Below are positions 8,901 to 16,422 of a stretch of DNA of 51,921 nt, in pieces (position 1 is the stretch's first letter; each line of letters opens with the position of its first letter). The position numbers and the translations under genes are program-made. This DNA is from Archangium sp. (GTDB lineage: Bacteria; Myxococcota; Myxococcia; Myxococcales; Myxococcaceae): the NCBI GenBank assembly GCA_031367385.1, contig JANLPS010000227.1:1-51921 (forward strand). Direction: 5' to 3'. A model generated the notes under the pieces. The model had not been told where the DNA came from and made no database searches. It saw only the letters and a list, made by a program, of their open reading frames with translations.

Positions 8901-10115
8901 GAAGGCAAAGGTGCCGACCTGCGACGGGGTGCCACTGATGACGCCCTGTGAGCTCAAGGTGAGCCCCGCTGGCAGCGAGCCGCTGGTGAGCGCCCACGTG
9001 GGTTGACCCAAGCCTCCCGACGAGGCGAGTGAGGTGGTGTAGCTGGCGGCCTGCGCTCCGGGCGGGAGCATGGTCGTGGTGATCACCAGCGGCGCCTGAA
9101 TGTCGATGGTCAGGTCGGCGGTGTCTGATTTCTTTGGCAGTGACGCGTCTTTGACCTGCACCGTGAACGCCGCCAGACCACTCGCCGTCGGAGTGCCCGA
9201 CAACGTGCCGTCGGTCGCCAGGCTCACACCCGCAGGCAGGGCGCCGGCAGTCACCGTCCACGAGTAAGGCGTGGTGCCACCGAACGCGGTCAGGCTGGCG
9301 GTGTACGCCGCGTCGCGGGCGCCTCCTGGCAAGTTCGCGGTCGAGACGAGCAAGGTACCGGCGCCATTGATCAGCACGACGAAGCGAGCCGTGGCGGTGC
9401 GCGCAGCCGAATCGGTCACCGTCACCACGAACACCGAGCGCCCCGCCAACGTCGGCGTGCCTGACAACACCCCGGCCGCGGTGAGCGACAGCCCCTTCGG
9501 CAACGTCGAGGGCTTGGCCGAGAAGGTGTACGGCGCGGTGCCTCCGGTGGCCATGAAGGTGGCCGAGTACGGCACATTGACCGCGCCGGCCCCAGGTGGC
9601 GGCGTGGTCTTGATCGCCAACGGCGGGTAGATGACCAACGTCAGCGCGCCCATCGCCGCAGCAGAGGTCGCCGCGCTGTCTGTCACCGTGGCCACGATGT
9701 GAAAGACGCCCGACGAGGCCGGTGAGCCCGAGATGGTGCCGTCGGCCGCCAGGGTGAGCCCGGTCGGCAGCAGGCCCGAGCTGATCGCCCACAGATACGG
9801 TGGCGTGCCGCCCGTGGCCTGCACCGTCGTCGAGTACGCGATTGCTTGATCTCCTCGCGGTAACAGCGTGGTGACCACCACGAGCTCGAGGGCCCCCGCA
9901 TCGCTCGACCCCATACCCGCATCGAGGCTGGCCCCGCCGTCTGCCGCGCCGAGGCCCGAATCGGGCGCCGCGACACCGCTGTCGACGGTGGAGCTGCCGC
10001 CGCCGCCGCCTGCACCACCATCGACGGGAGTACCCACCGCTGGTGGGCACGCGGCGAAGCTGACCGCGAGCGCGACGAGGAGCGTGTTCGACAGGCCAGA
10101 AAAGGGGTTGCGCAT
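5907..10115 (-). CDS. Large lipoprotein built of 15 tandem putative Ig (He_PIG-type) domains
   Basis: Lipobox SFAAC (Cys23), Gly/Asp-rich linker, then 15 countable ~90-aa repeats with consensus GGxxPYxW...LPxGL.L...G.ISGTPT..G...F.V..TD. Confidence 0.9.
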   Translation of the reverse strand: MRNPFSGLSNTLLVALAVSFAACPPAVGTPVDGGAGGGGGSSTVDSGVAAPDSGLGAADGGASLDAGMGSSDAGALELVVVTTLLPRGDQAIAYSTTVQATGGTPPYLWAISSGLLPTGLTLAADGTISGSPASSGVFHIVATVTDSAATSAAAMGALTLVIYPPLAIKTTPPPGAGAVNVPYSATFMATGGTAPYTFSAKPSTLPKGLSLTAAGVLSGTPTLAGRSVFVVTVTDSAARTATARFVVLINGAGTLLVSTANLPGGARDAAYTASLTAFGGTTPYSWTVTAGALPAGVSLATDGTLSGTPTASGLAAFTVQVKDASLPKKSDTADLTIDIQAPLVITTTMLPPGAQAASYTTSLASSGGLGQPTWALTSGSLPAGLTLSSQGVISGTPSQVGTFAFVVTATDTSEPPQVASASLTVSIAPVLAISTKTLPNGTKGVAYSKALGATGGTKPYVWAVASGSVPAGLSLSLAGVLSGTPTTIGSSTFKIAVSDASSPVQLSTSDDLTIFIGGAGALAITTAALPTGVSTQPYASTLAATGGTGPYTWSIASGALPPGLKLSSAGDLSGAPSGPGTSSFTVRASDQSLPTQLATAPLTLTVYDPLVIATTMLATGVVGSAYAATLLATGGLAPVSWSLSAGSLPAGVSLSSSGSLTGTPTESGTFTFTVTATDASADSLTATAMLRLTTLPALVITTSDLPDGLVASAYSATVNATGGLKPYTWALTGGALPAGLMLSASGTISGTPTASGNALVQLTVTDAGGQSKTVTYSFFINGAGTLTITSGPPPAVLAGTPYSATATVAGGTPPYTWSISSGALPAGLALSSTGVISGTTSNAGTFAFTLAVIDSTMPTPVLATQSTQLVVVSKLAVKSSSLADAVVNSPYSASLKGIGGTPPYTWSISAGSLPAGVTLDAATGVISGAATTAGTSSFTVKATDSGAPSQQATKDLSITVTTAIAIATTSPLPATVVGANYLLTFAATGGSPPYTWAAVGGGSVPGLTVTGTGVASGTPTTAGTYTFSMRVEDASTPKQSQTRSCRLTVASALAISSDPLPNGVANVAYAATVSATGGNQPYTWSVSAGMLPAGVTLDAATGALTGTPTTAGTKSFSLTVTDATQPAVTATKAYSVVIAPVGTLTVTTFTVPSGVIGVAYPAASLTASGGSGGYVWSVSAGALPTGVSLSAAGALSGTPTEGGTAQFTVKVTDSASATATRAMSTLVNAALVITAPNPLPTAVVDQPYAMILTSTGGTGQVSWSSGPLPSGLSVSALGVITGTPSGAKGRLMVTFTATDSAMPPQTTSATLALNVDTKLSISTASLPGGTVGTAYPQTPLMASGGTLPYLWAIQGTMPPGLTLSVNGVIKGTPTTAGDYTLIITVVDSYGQIALKPLGLAIQ

Positions 10116-10248
10116 GAAGCTCCTCGAGGAGGCCCGCAGCCAAACCCGATATCAGCGTTCTGGTTGCGCAGAATCTTCGAAACTCGTGTGCGGCGCATGT
10201 GCGCACGACGGTGACACTTGGTTACACCGAAGCCGCGGCGCAAAGAGT

Positions 10249-10263
10249 TGGCATGGTGAGCGC
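10249..10263 (+). promoter_or_regulatory. Possible sigma-54 (-24/-12) promoter for the kelch-like lipoprotein gene
   Basis: TGGCATGGTGAGCGC has canonical GG-N10-GC spacing, 26 bp before ATG 10290, but lacks the usual TT before GC. Confidence 0.3.
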
Positions 10264-10289
10264 CGGTTGGGGTCCAATCGGGGGCGTTC

Positions 10290-13200
10290 ATGAAGTCGAG
10301 CCTCCTTCGCTTGGGTTTCGCAGTGGCCTTGAGCTCATGCACCTTCGACGCGAAGGTGAGCACCCCTTCGTTGATCTCATGCTCGACCGATGCTGAATGC
10401 ACCGCGGGGCTCAAGTGCCAACGCTCGGCGATGCACTGCGTGCCGGCAGATCAGCTCGACGTCACCGCTCCCAGCTTCTCGTCGCTCGAAGAACATGTGG
10501 TGCCGAACTTCGACAACCCCTTGGCGGTGCCGACCGCGCTGGGCCCGCACTCGGTGCTTCGGCTGAGGCTGTTCGTGACCGAGCCGGTGGTGTCGCAGAG
10601 CCTCCAGGCGCCGGGGCTTCGATGTCTGAGCATCGCCTCGCCAGAAGCGTCGTCGTTGACCTTCGAGTGCCAGACCATCGCTGAAGCGGTCGACGGGCCG
10701 ATCTCGATGACCGTGACCTTGACCGACGCCGCCCAGCTGACCGCGACCTTGCCCGTGCCGCTCACCACGGCCATCGACGTGACGGTGCCACCTGCGCCAG
10801 ACGAGGGCCCGGGGCAGATGCGGCTGCGCAGTGCACCCTGGGGCGACTCGACGACCAAGGGCGTGGCCTCGCTCCGATTTTCAGCGAGCCCGGGCGCGAT
10901 CAAAGAAGCCGTGAGCGTGCGAATACTCGCGGGCAGCGCCGTGCTCGCGAGCCAGGCCGTCGCCACCGATGGCAGCGCTGCCACGCTCGAGCTGCCGCTG
11001 ATCGACAGCCAGCGCTTCAGCGCCCAGAGCATCGACGCCGCGGGCAATCAGTCACTGCCCTCGAAGATTCGAGACCTGGTGTGGGTCGCCTCGTTCTTCG
11101 GCAAGCGCGCTGGCGAAGCGTTCCCCAACCCGCATCGCTTCGAGGCGTCACGGGCCGAGACCGAAGCGCTCGAGGGCGTTGGGCTCACCGAGCGTGGCGA
11201 AGCAGACGGCATCGCCGAAACCGGTGGCGCACTCAGCGTGGTCACCGGTGCCGGGTCTTGGCGCCGTCGAACCTTCAACCTCGAGCCCGATGGCTTGGGC
11301 GCTCCGAGCGGGGCCTACGACCCGCGCCGCGCCCGCATCGTGCGCTTCAGTGGGCTCTCGCGTTTCGGCCTCAGCGGAACCAATAACGGCGGCTTCGGCC
11401 TCACCGTCTGGGAGTGGAATGGCCACGACTGGCTCAACGTGCCGCAGCGTGACCCCGAAGGTGACGGCAACCCCGAGCCCAGGCTCAAGCCCACGCTGCT
11501 CTACAGCGCCCGGCTCGGCGGCATCGTGCTCTTCGGCGGTTCGAACGCGGCCAACAAAGCCTTCGCCGATGCCTGGCTGTGGAACGGTGACAGCTGGAGA
11601 CGCTTGCCCGACGCGCCGGTGAGTCGCATTCGCCCGATTCTCTATGAAGACCGCTCGGCCGACGGGTTGGTCATGTACTCGGGTGAGCAGAGCGACGGCA
11701 CGACGGCGGGCGACGCCTGGTTGCTCGGCGCGGCGGGGTGGCGTCAGGTCGATGCGGGTGGGTTTCCGACTCCGAGGCTTGATTCGGCGTGGGCCAGCGA
11801 TCTCGCCAACGACGCGACCTATGTGACGGGCGGCATGCCAACAGGCGAGACGTGGAAGCGGAGCGGCGCGACCTGGGTGCGGTTGCCCTCAGGGGGCCCC
11901 ACCGCGCGAACCGAGGCCGCCGCCGCGTGGGACGATCGACGCGGCGTCTTTCAGGTCTACGGCGGTGCCCTGCCCGATGGTGGCATCACCGACGAGCTGT
12001 GGGAGCTCTCGGGAACGACCTGGAGCCTCAAGGGCCCGAACGCGCCAGGCCCTCGCTCACAGCTCGCCCTGGTCTACGACGGGGCACGCGCGCAGACCGT
12101 ACTCTTCGGCAAAGCCGTGCCGTTCGCCTACACCATCCCCGAGGCTGATGCGGGGGCTGAAGAGACGTGGGCGTACAGTGGCAGCTGGCAACGCGTGGCG
12201 CACCACACCCCGGCGCTCTCGACCTGGAGCAGCCGCAACCTGCCGATGAACGATACCGCTGGAGCGACGCAGACCATCGGGCTCGCGGGCACTCCCGAGC
12301 GACCGACGCTGGCCAGCCTGACCGCCACTGGCTGGGCACTGACCGACCTCAAGACGCCCGCGCTGCCATTGGGTCGCGCGCGCCTGGCCTACGAAGTCGG
12401 GCAAGACGACCTGGTGCTCTTCGCGGGCAAGACCGAGCAATCACCGGCCGAAGTGTGGCGAATCACCGGTGCCAGTGCGGCGCTGGTGAACCCCGATGCC
12501 GGCATACCGGCCACGGGCATCGACGCGGTGGTCAGCTTCAACCGCACCACCACGGTGGTGACCACGGGGCTATTGACGAGCCGGGTCGAGCGGCTGGTGC
12601 TGGGCACCGTGACCAATGGCTCACTGCTGGGAGCGCGACTGGTCACCCCCTGCGCAGTGGTGACGCCACAGGGTGACGTGATCATCTCGGGCTTCGACCT
12701 CAACTTCTCGACCCAGAGCTTTCGGTGGGACGGCAGCAGCGTGACGCCGTTGGCGATGCTGCCCATCAACCTTGGCGCGTTTGGTCTGGTGTACGACACG
12801 GCTCGAAACGCACCGGTGATGATCGGCGGCGTGTTGATACCGGTACGCGCCAGCAACGATGTGTACGAGCTGCGAGGCGCGACCTGGTCGCGGGTGCCGG
12901 TGGCCGACCCCGATGGCAACGGGGCTCCGCACTTCACCCCGTCGGCACTCGATGGAGGCGTTTCACCGGTGGTGGGCTTCGACACCTTGCGAGAGCGCGC
13001 CATCGCCATCGAGCCCGACACCTCGAACGTGTGGGAGTTCGACATCGCGCACCAACGCCCTCAAGTGCAGCTACGCTTTTCAATCGAGTCGATACCCCAA
13101 TCGGCGACGCTGACGTCGGCGACGCTCACGGTCGTCGCGGGCGGTACGGGCGGGTTCAGCGTTTTTCCCCGCATGCCAGGGTATTGGAGCGACGTGGTGG

Positions 13201-13394
13201 TCTCGGGTACGGCTCAGTCGGCGGGCCCGAAGCCAGCGACGCTGCAGGTCACTGACTCCGCGGTGTTTCGCTCGATGCTCGCGACGCGACGAGAGCTGTC
13301 GTTCGGGTTGCGGCCCAAGTCATTCAACGGCGTCGGCACCGCTGAAATCTCAGTCGACGCAGCGGAGCTCGAAGTGCAGTACCGCCTGCCCTGA
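10290..13394 (+). CDS. Kelch/beta-propeller repeat lipoprotein
   Basis: Lipobox ALSSC, Cys-rich N-terminal motif (CSTDAECTAGLKC), Ig-like region, and repeated YD..R..VLFGG...D.W.W.G..W blades. Confidence 0.8.
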   Translation: MKSSLLRLGFAVALSSCTFDAKVSTPSLISCSTDAECTAGLKCQRSAMHCVPADQLDVTAPSFSSLEEHVVPNFDNPLAVPTALGPHSVLRLRLFVTEPVVSQSLQAPGLRCLSIASPEASSLTFECQTIAEAVDGPISMTVTLTDAAQLTATLPVPLTTAIDVTVPPAPDEGPGQMRLRSAPWGDSTTKGVASLRFSASPGAIKEAVSVRILAGSAVLASQAVATDGSAATLELPLIDSQRFSAQSIDAAGNQSLPSKIRDLVWVASFFGKRAGEAFPNPHRFEASRAETEALEGVGLTERGEADGIAETGGALSVVTGAGSWRRRTFNLEPDGLGAPSGAYDPRRARIVRFSGLSRFGLSGTNNGGFGLTVWEWNGHDWLNVPQRDPEGDGNPEPRLKPTLLYSARLGGIVLFGGSNAANKAFADAWLWNGDSWRRLPDAPVSRIRPILYEDRSADGLVMYSGEQSDGTTAGDAWLLGAAGWRQVDAGGFPTPRLDSAWASDLANDATYVTGGMPTGETWKRSGATWVRLPSGGPTARTEAAAAWDDRRGVFQVYGGALPDGGITDELWELSGTTWSLKGPNAPGPRSQLALVYDGARAQTVLFGKAVPFAYTIPEADAGAEETWAYSGSWQRVAHHTPALSTWSSRNLPMNDTAGATQTIGLAGTPERPTLASLTATGWALTDLKTPALPLGRARLAYEVGQDDLVLFAGKTEQSPAEVWRITGASAALVNPDAGIPATGIDAVVSFNRTTTVVTTGLLTSRVERLVLGTVTNGSLLGARLVTPCAVVTPQGDVIISGFDLNFSTQSFRWDGSSVTPLAMLPINLGAFGLVYDTARNAPVMIGGVLIPVRASNDVYELRGATWSRVPVADPDGNGAPHFTPSALDGGVSPVVGFDTLRERAIAIEPDTSNVWEFDIAHQRPQVQLRFSIESIPQSATLTSATLTVVAGGTGGFSVFPRMPGYWSDVVVSGTAQSAGPKPATLQVTDSAVFRSMLATRRELSFGLRPKSFNGVGTAEISVDAAELEVQYRLP

Positions 13395-13406
13395 AGGGCC
13401 CTGGTG

Positions 13407-14105
13407 TTACGAAACCGTCTTCACGAAGTGGTGCACGACCCGCTCGACCAACGCGTTGAGCTCGCTGTCAGCACCCGCCAGCTTCGCTCCCTGCGCCGCG
13501 ATCGCCTCCGGGTCCTTCCCCTCCTCAACCAGTGACGCACGGTGCACCTCGACCCAGCGCTTCCAATCGTCGCCGTTGAGCTCGGGGTGACATTGAAACG
13601 CATACGACGGGCCGATTCGAATCACCTGCTGCGTGTAGCGGTCGGTCGACGCCAGCAACGTCGCGCCCTCGACTGGCTTCCACGTGTCTCGGTGCCAATG
13701 CGCCACCAGGGTCTTCGGCGAAACGCCCGCGATCACCGGGTCTTTGAGCGCCTCGGCCGTCCACCGCAGGGGAGCGATGCCCAGCTCGAGCCCATTCTTG
13801 CCCTCGAGCACCTCGGCCCCCGCCGCTGAGGCCAGCAACTGAGCGCCGAAGCAGATCGCCAAGATGGGCTTTTGGGCGACCAACCGCTCGGCCAACACCG
13901 CGCGCTCTTCGCGAATGAACGGGTGCAGCTCGGCATCGCGCACACCGACCGAGCCCCCGAGAATCACCAGCAGCTCGGCCGCGAGATCGTCGCGGTGCTC
14001 AGTGCCCCGAAACCGCTTCACCAACGTGAACCCCGCGGCTTTCAGCGCCGGCTCGAAGCGCCCCAGGCCCTCGTGGGTCTCGTGCTGGTAGATGACTGCG
14101 CGCAT
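13407..14105 (-). CDS. Class I glutamine amidotransferase (GMP-synthase-like, stand-alone)
   Basis: Nucleophile motif LAICFGAQLLA, HWHRD, and FQCHPE; the Cys-His-Glu triad is intact. Confidence 0.9.
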   Translation of the reverse strand: MRAVIYQHETHEGLGRFEPALKAAGFTLVKRFRGTEHRDDLAAELLVILGGSVGVRDAELHPFIREERAVLAERLVAQKPILAICFGAQLLASAAGAEVLEGKNGLELGIAPLRWTAEALKDPVIAGVSPKTLVAHWHRDTWKPVEGATLLASTDRYTQQVIRIGPSYAFQCHPELNGDDWKRWVEVHRASLVEEGKDPEAIAAQGAKLAGADSELNALVERVVHHFVKTVS

Positions 14106-14110
14106 GGTGG

Positions 14111-14641
14111 TTACCGCGGCCCCGCGTCAACCGCTCCGGTGACCAGCTTGAGTGACTGCGACGCGATGAGCGAGCACGCTTGCACGGCCCCCGCAGGGTC
14201 GAGCGCGTCACCGCCATCTTGCTTCGAGAGCACCTTGAGCCCCGCCCCGATGACGAAGGTCACCCGCTTCGCCAGCGGCAGCACCGGCACCTTGACGTCG
14301 TATTTTTTCACCAGCGCCGCGTCGTCGTCAGCGACGAATGAAAAGGGCGCCTTGAGCGAAGCCTTGAACTCGGCCTGGGTCTTTGGTGAATCAATCGACA
14401 CCGCGATCACCGTCGCGTGGTTCTTCTCGATTTGTGCGAATTGATCTCGATACGCCGTCAGCTCACGCGTGCACCCCCCGCTGAACGCCTTGGGGAAAAA
14501 AGCGAGCACCACCGGGCCCTTTTGCACCAACGCCGAGAGCGTCAGCTCGTGCCCATCGGTGTCTTTCACGGTGAAATCGGGGGCCACTTCGCCCACGTTC
14601 GGAGTCGCGGCCATCATCGCAAGCACAAGAGCAGTCATCAT
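14111..14641 (-). CDS. Peroxiredoxin (BCP/AhpC-TSA family), probably exported
   Basis: [18 protein letters not shown] (PxxxSxxC), KRVTFVI, and a short hydrophobic N-terminal leader. Confidence 0.88.
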   Translation of the reverse strand: MMTALVLAMMAATPNVGEVAPDFTVKDTDGHELTLSALVQKGPVVLAFFPKAFSGGCTRELTAYRDQFAQIEKNHATVIAVSIDSPKTQAEFKASLKAPFSFVADDDAALVKKYDVKVPVLPLAKRVTFVIGAGLKVLSKQDGGDALDPAGAVQACSLIASQSLKLVTGAVDAGPR

Positions 14642-14651
14642 GCGCGGCACT

Positions 14652-15932
14652 CTACTTGGCTTCGGCGTACCGGGCCCACACTGCTTTGGCCGATTCGGCG
14701 GCGGCCCTGGCCACTTCGGCGGTTTTGATCGCCAGCGGCATGCGCTTCCACACTCTCCAGATGCCGTCGACCATCACCGACTCGATGTGTCGCGACGTCA
14801 ACGCCGTCAGCACGTGCGCGGCCAGGGTGGTCTCATCGACCGGAGTCGGGGCCTGGTAATCGAGCACCACCAGATCGGCGACCGCGTTCTCGCGCAGTGG
14901 GCCGATGGTCAGGCCGAACACTTCTGACGCCAGCCGGTGCCCATTGGCGAGAAACCGCATCGCGTCGATCGGCTGACCCGAATCTTTGGCGCGAAGCCAG
15001 GCCGTCTGCGCCTCGGCCAGCACGTCGAGAGACATCACGTGGGTCGCCAGACACGCGCGAACTCCGAACTTCGCCGCCGTTGCCAGCCCGGCCTGTGAGG
15101 CCATGTTCGAGCGGGCCGCGTGGGCCAACCAGGCGCCTGCCGCGAGCAGCTCAGAGAGGTCGGGCCACGAGGCGTGAACCCCTTGCGCCAACACCGTCTT
15201 CGGGCCGACCAGGCCGGCCTCGAGCAGCCGTTTGACCGGCGGCTGGCTGAAGCGCTTCATGGTGTCGTCTTCTTCACGGCGATCTTCAGCGAACGAGCCC
15301 AGCAGAAACAGCTTCGAGACCTCGAGCAACGACGAGATGCCGTACAGCGCGTCGTCTGAGAGGCCCGCGACGTGAGCGAAGGCCAGGGCGCCGCGAAACC
15401 GGCCCTTGGCTCTGGGCCCGAAGGTGCTCGTCTCGTCGAGCAACTCTTCACGAATCATCGCGCCGTGGCGATCTGAGACCTCGCAGGCGATGACCGCGCG
15501 CAGCCCGACGTCGTTGAGGCCGTGGGCCACCCGGGTCAGCGACCCGAGCACGCAGCGCGGAGAAGCCGTGACATCGAAGACCGTGGTGGTGCCCGACATC
15601 AGCCCCTCGAGGCCACCGGCAGCGGCGGCGGCCTGCAGGTCATCGAGCGCGAGCGCGCCTTGAAGCCGTTGCAACGCGGTCTGCTCATTCTCGAACCCGC
15701 TCTCACGAGGCAACCCGCGAAACAGGGTCGAGTACAAGTGGTGCTGCGCGCTGACCAGGCCAGGCATCACCCAGTGGCCATCGAGGTCGATGACCTCGTC
15801 GCCGGGCTCGGGCGTCACCTGCCCGCGCGCGACGATTCGGCCTCCGTGAATTCGCAGATCAGCCGTCTCGACGCTGGCGGGCTCGACCTCGACCAGCCGT
15901 GCACCTTTGAGCACCGTACCCACGCGCGCCAC
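14652..15932 (-). CDS. Amidohydrolase-superfamily protein (SsnA/TrzA-like) with degenerate metal site
   Basis: [38 protein letters not shown] and VMVDG framework motifs; metal ligands are substituted (see findings). Confidence 0.85.
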   Translation of the reverse strand: MARVGTVLKGARLVEVEPASVETADLRIHGGRIVARGQVTPEPGDEVIDLDGHWVMPGLVSAQHHLYSTLFRGLPRESGFENEQTALQRLQGALALDDLQAAAAAGGLEGLMSGTTTVFDVTASPRCVLGSLTRVAHGLNDVGLRAVIACEVSDRHGAMIREELLDETSTFGPRAKGRFRGALAFAHVAGLSDDALYGISSLLEVSKLFLLGSFAEDRREEDDTMKRFSQPPVKRLLEAGLVGPKTVLAQGVHASWPDLSELLAAGAWLAHAARSNMASQAGLATAAKFGVRACLATHVMSLDVLAEAQTAWLRAKDSGQPIDAMRFLANGHRLASEVFGLTIGPLRENAVADLVVLDYQAPTPVDETTLAAHVLTALTSRHIESVMVDGIWRVWKRMPLAIKTAEVARAAAESAKAVWARYAEAK

Positions 15933-16050
15933 ACGCTCACACGGCTGCGACCTCGTTTCAAAGAAGGTTCTTCGCGGTGCGAATCACGCGTACATGTCGC
16001 GGGCCACCGATGTGGGTTTTCACCCACGCAATCACGTAACGTGCGCGCCA

Positions 16051-16422
16051 ATGACCGAGAGAACCACCGAGTCGCTCGCCGCCTGGCAGTGGAACCTGTA
16101 CCCACACAACCACACCGACCGGCGCAACCTCGTCGTGCATGCGCTCACCACGCCGCTGTTCTGGGCGGGCACCCTCGCGGTGGTGACCTCGTTCGTGACG
16201 AGCTTCTGGTCAGCGCTCGCGGGCGTCGTCTTGATGGTGGCGGTGGTCGCGATTCAGGGTCGCACGCACGCGCTCGAGACCACGCCGCCAGTGCCATTTC
16301 GGGGGCCGCTCGACGTGCTCGGCCGCATCTTCATCGAGCAGTGGTTCACCTTTCCCCGGTACGTGGTGACCGGGGGGTTCTCGAGGGCCTGGCGCGCAGC
16401 CCGCGGAGTCGCAGGGCCCTAG
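16051..16422 (+). CDS. DUF962/Mpo1-like small membrane protein
   Basis: YPHNH...NLVVH, two hydrophobic helices, QGRTHALE, and EQWFTFPR. Confidence 0.7.
   Translation: MTERTTESLAAWQWNLYPHNHTDRRNLVVHALTTPLFWAGTLAVVTSFVTSFWSALAGVVLMVAVVAIQGRTHALETTPPVPFRGPLDVLGRIFIEQWFTFPRYVVTGGFSRAWRAARGVAGP

Noticed and set aside
6118..9630. Many 85-170 aa + strand ORFs opposite the Ig-repeat gene, with similar ones opposite the protease, thioester protein, infB and nusA genes
   Set aside because: Antisense shadows caused by high-GC codon bias; they have no recognisable motifs and fully overlap well-supported genes.
5907..10115. Repeats considered as a CRISPR array or diversity-generating retroelement
   Set aside because: They are diverged in-frame protein-domain repeats; there are no identical spaced repeats, cas genes or reverse transcriptase.
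14468..14482. Possible selenocysteine in the peroxiredoxin active site
   Set aside because: The codon is TGC (Cys); there is no in-frame TGA.
16419..16422. 4-bp stop-codon overlaps of convergent genes (also 1765-1768 and 4758-4761)
   Set aside because: Common in compact GC-rich genomes; no special meaning is evident.
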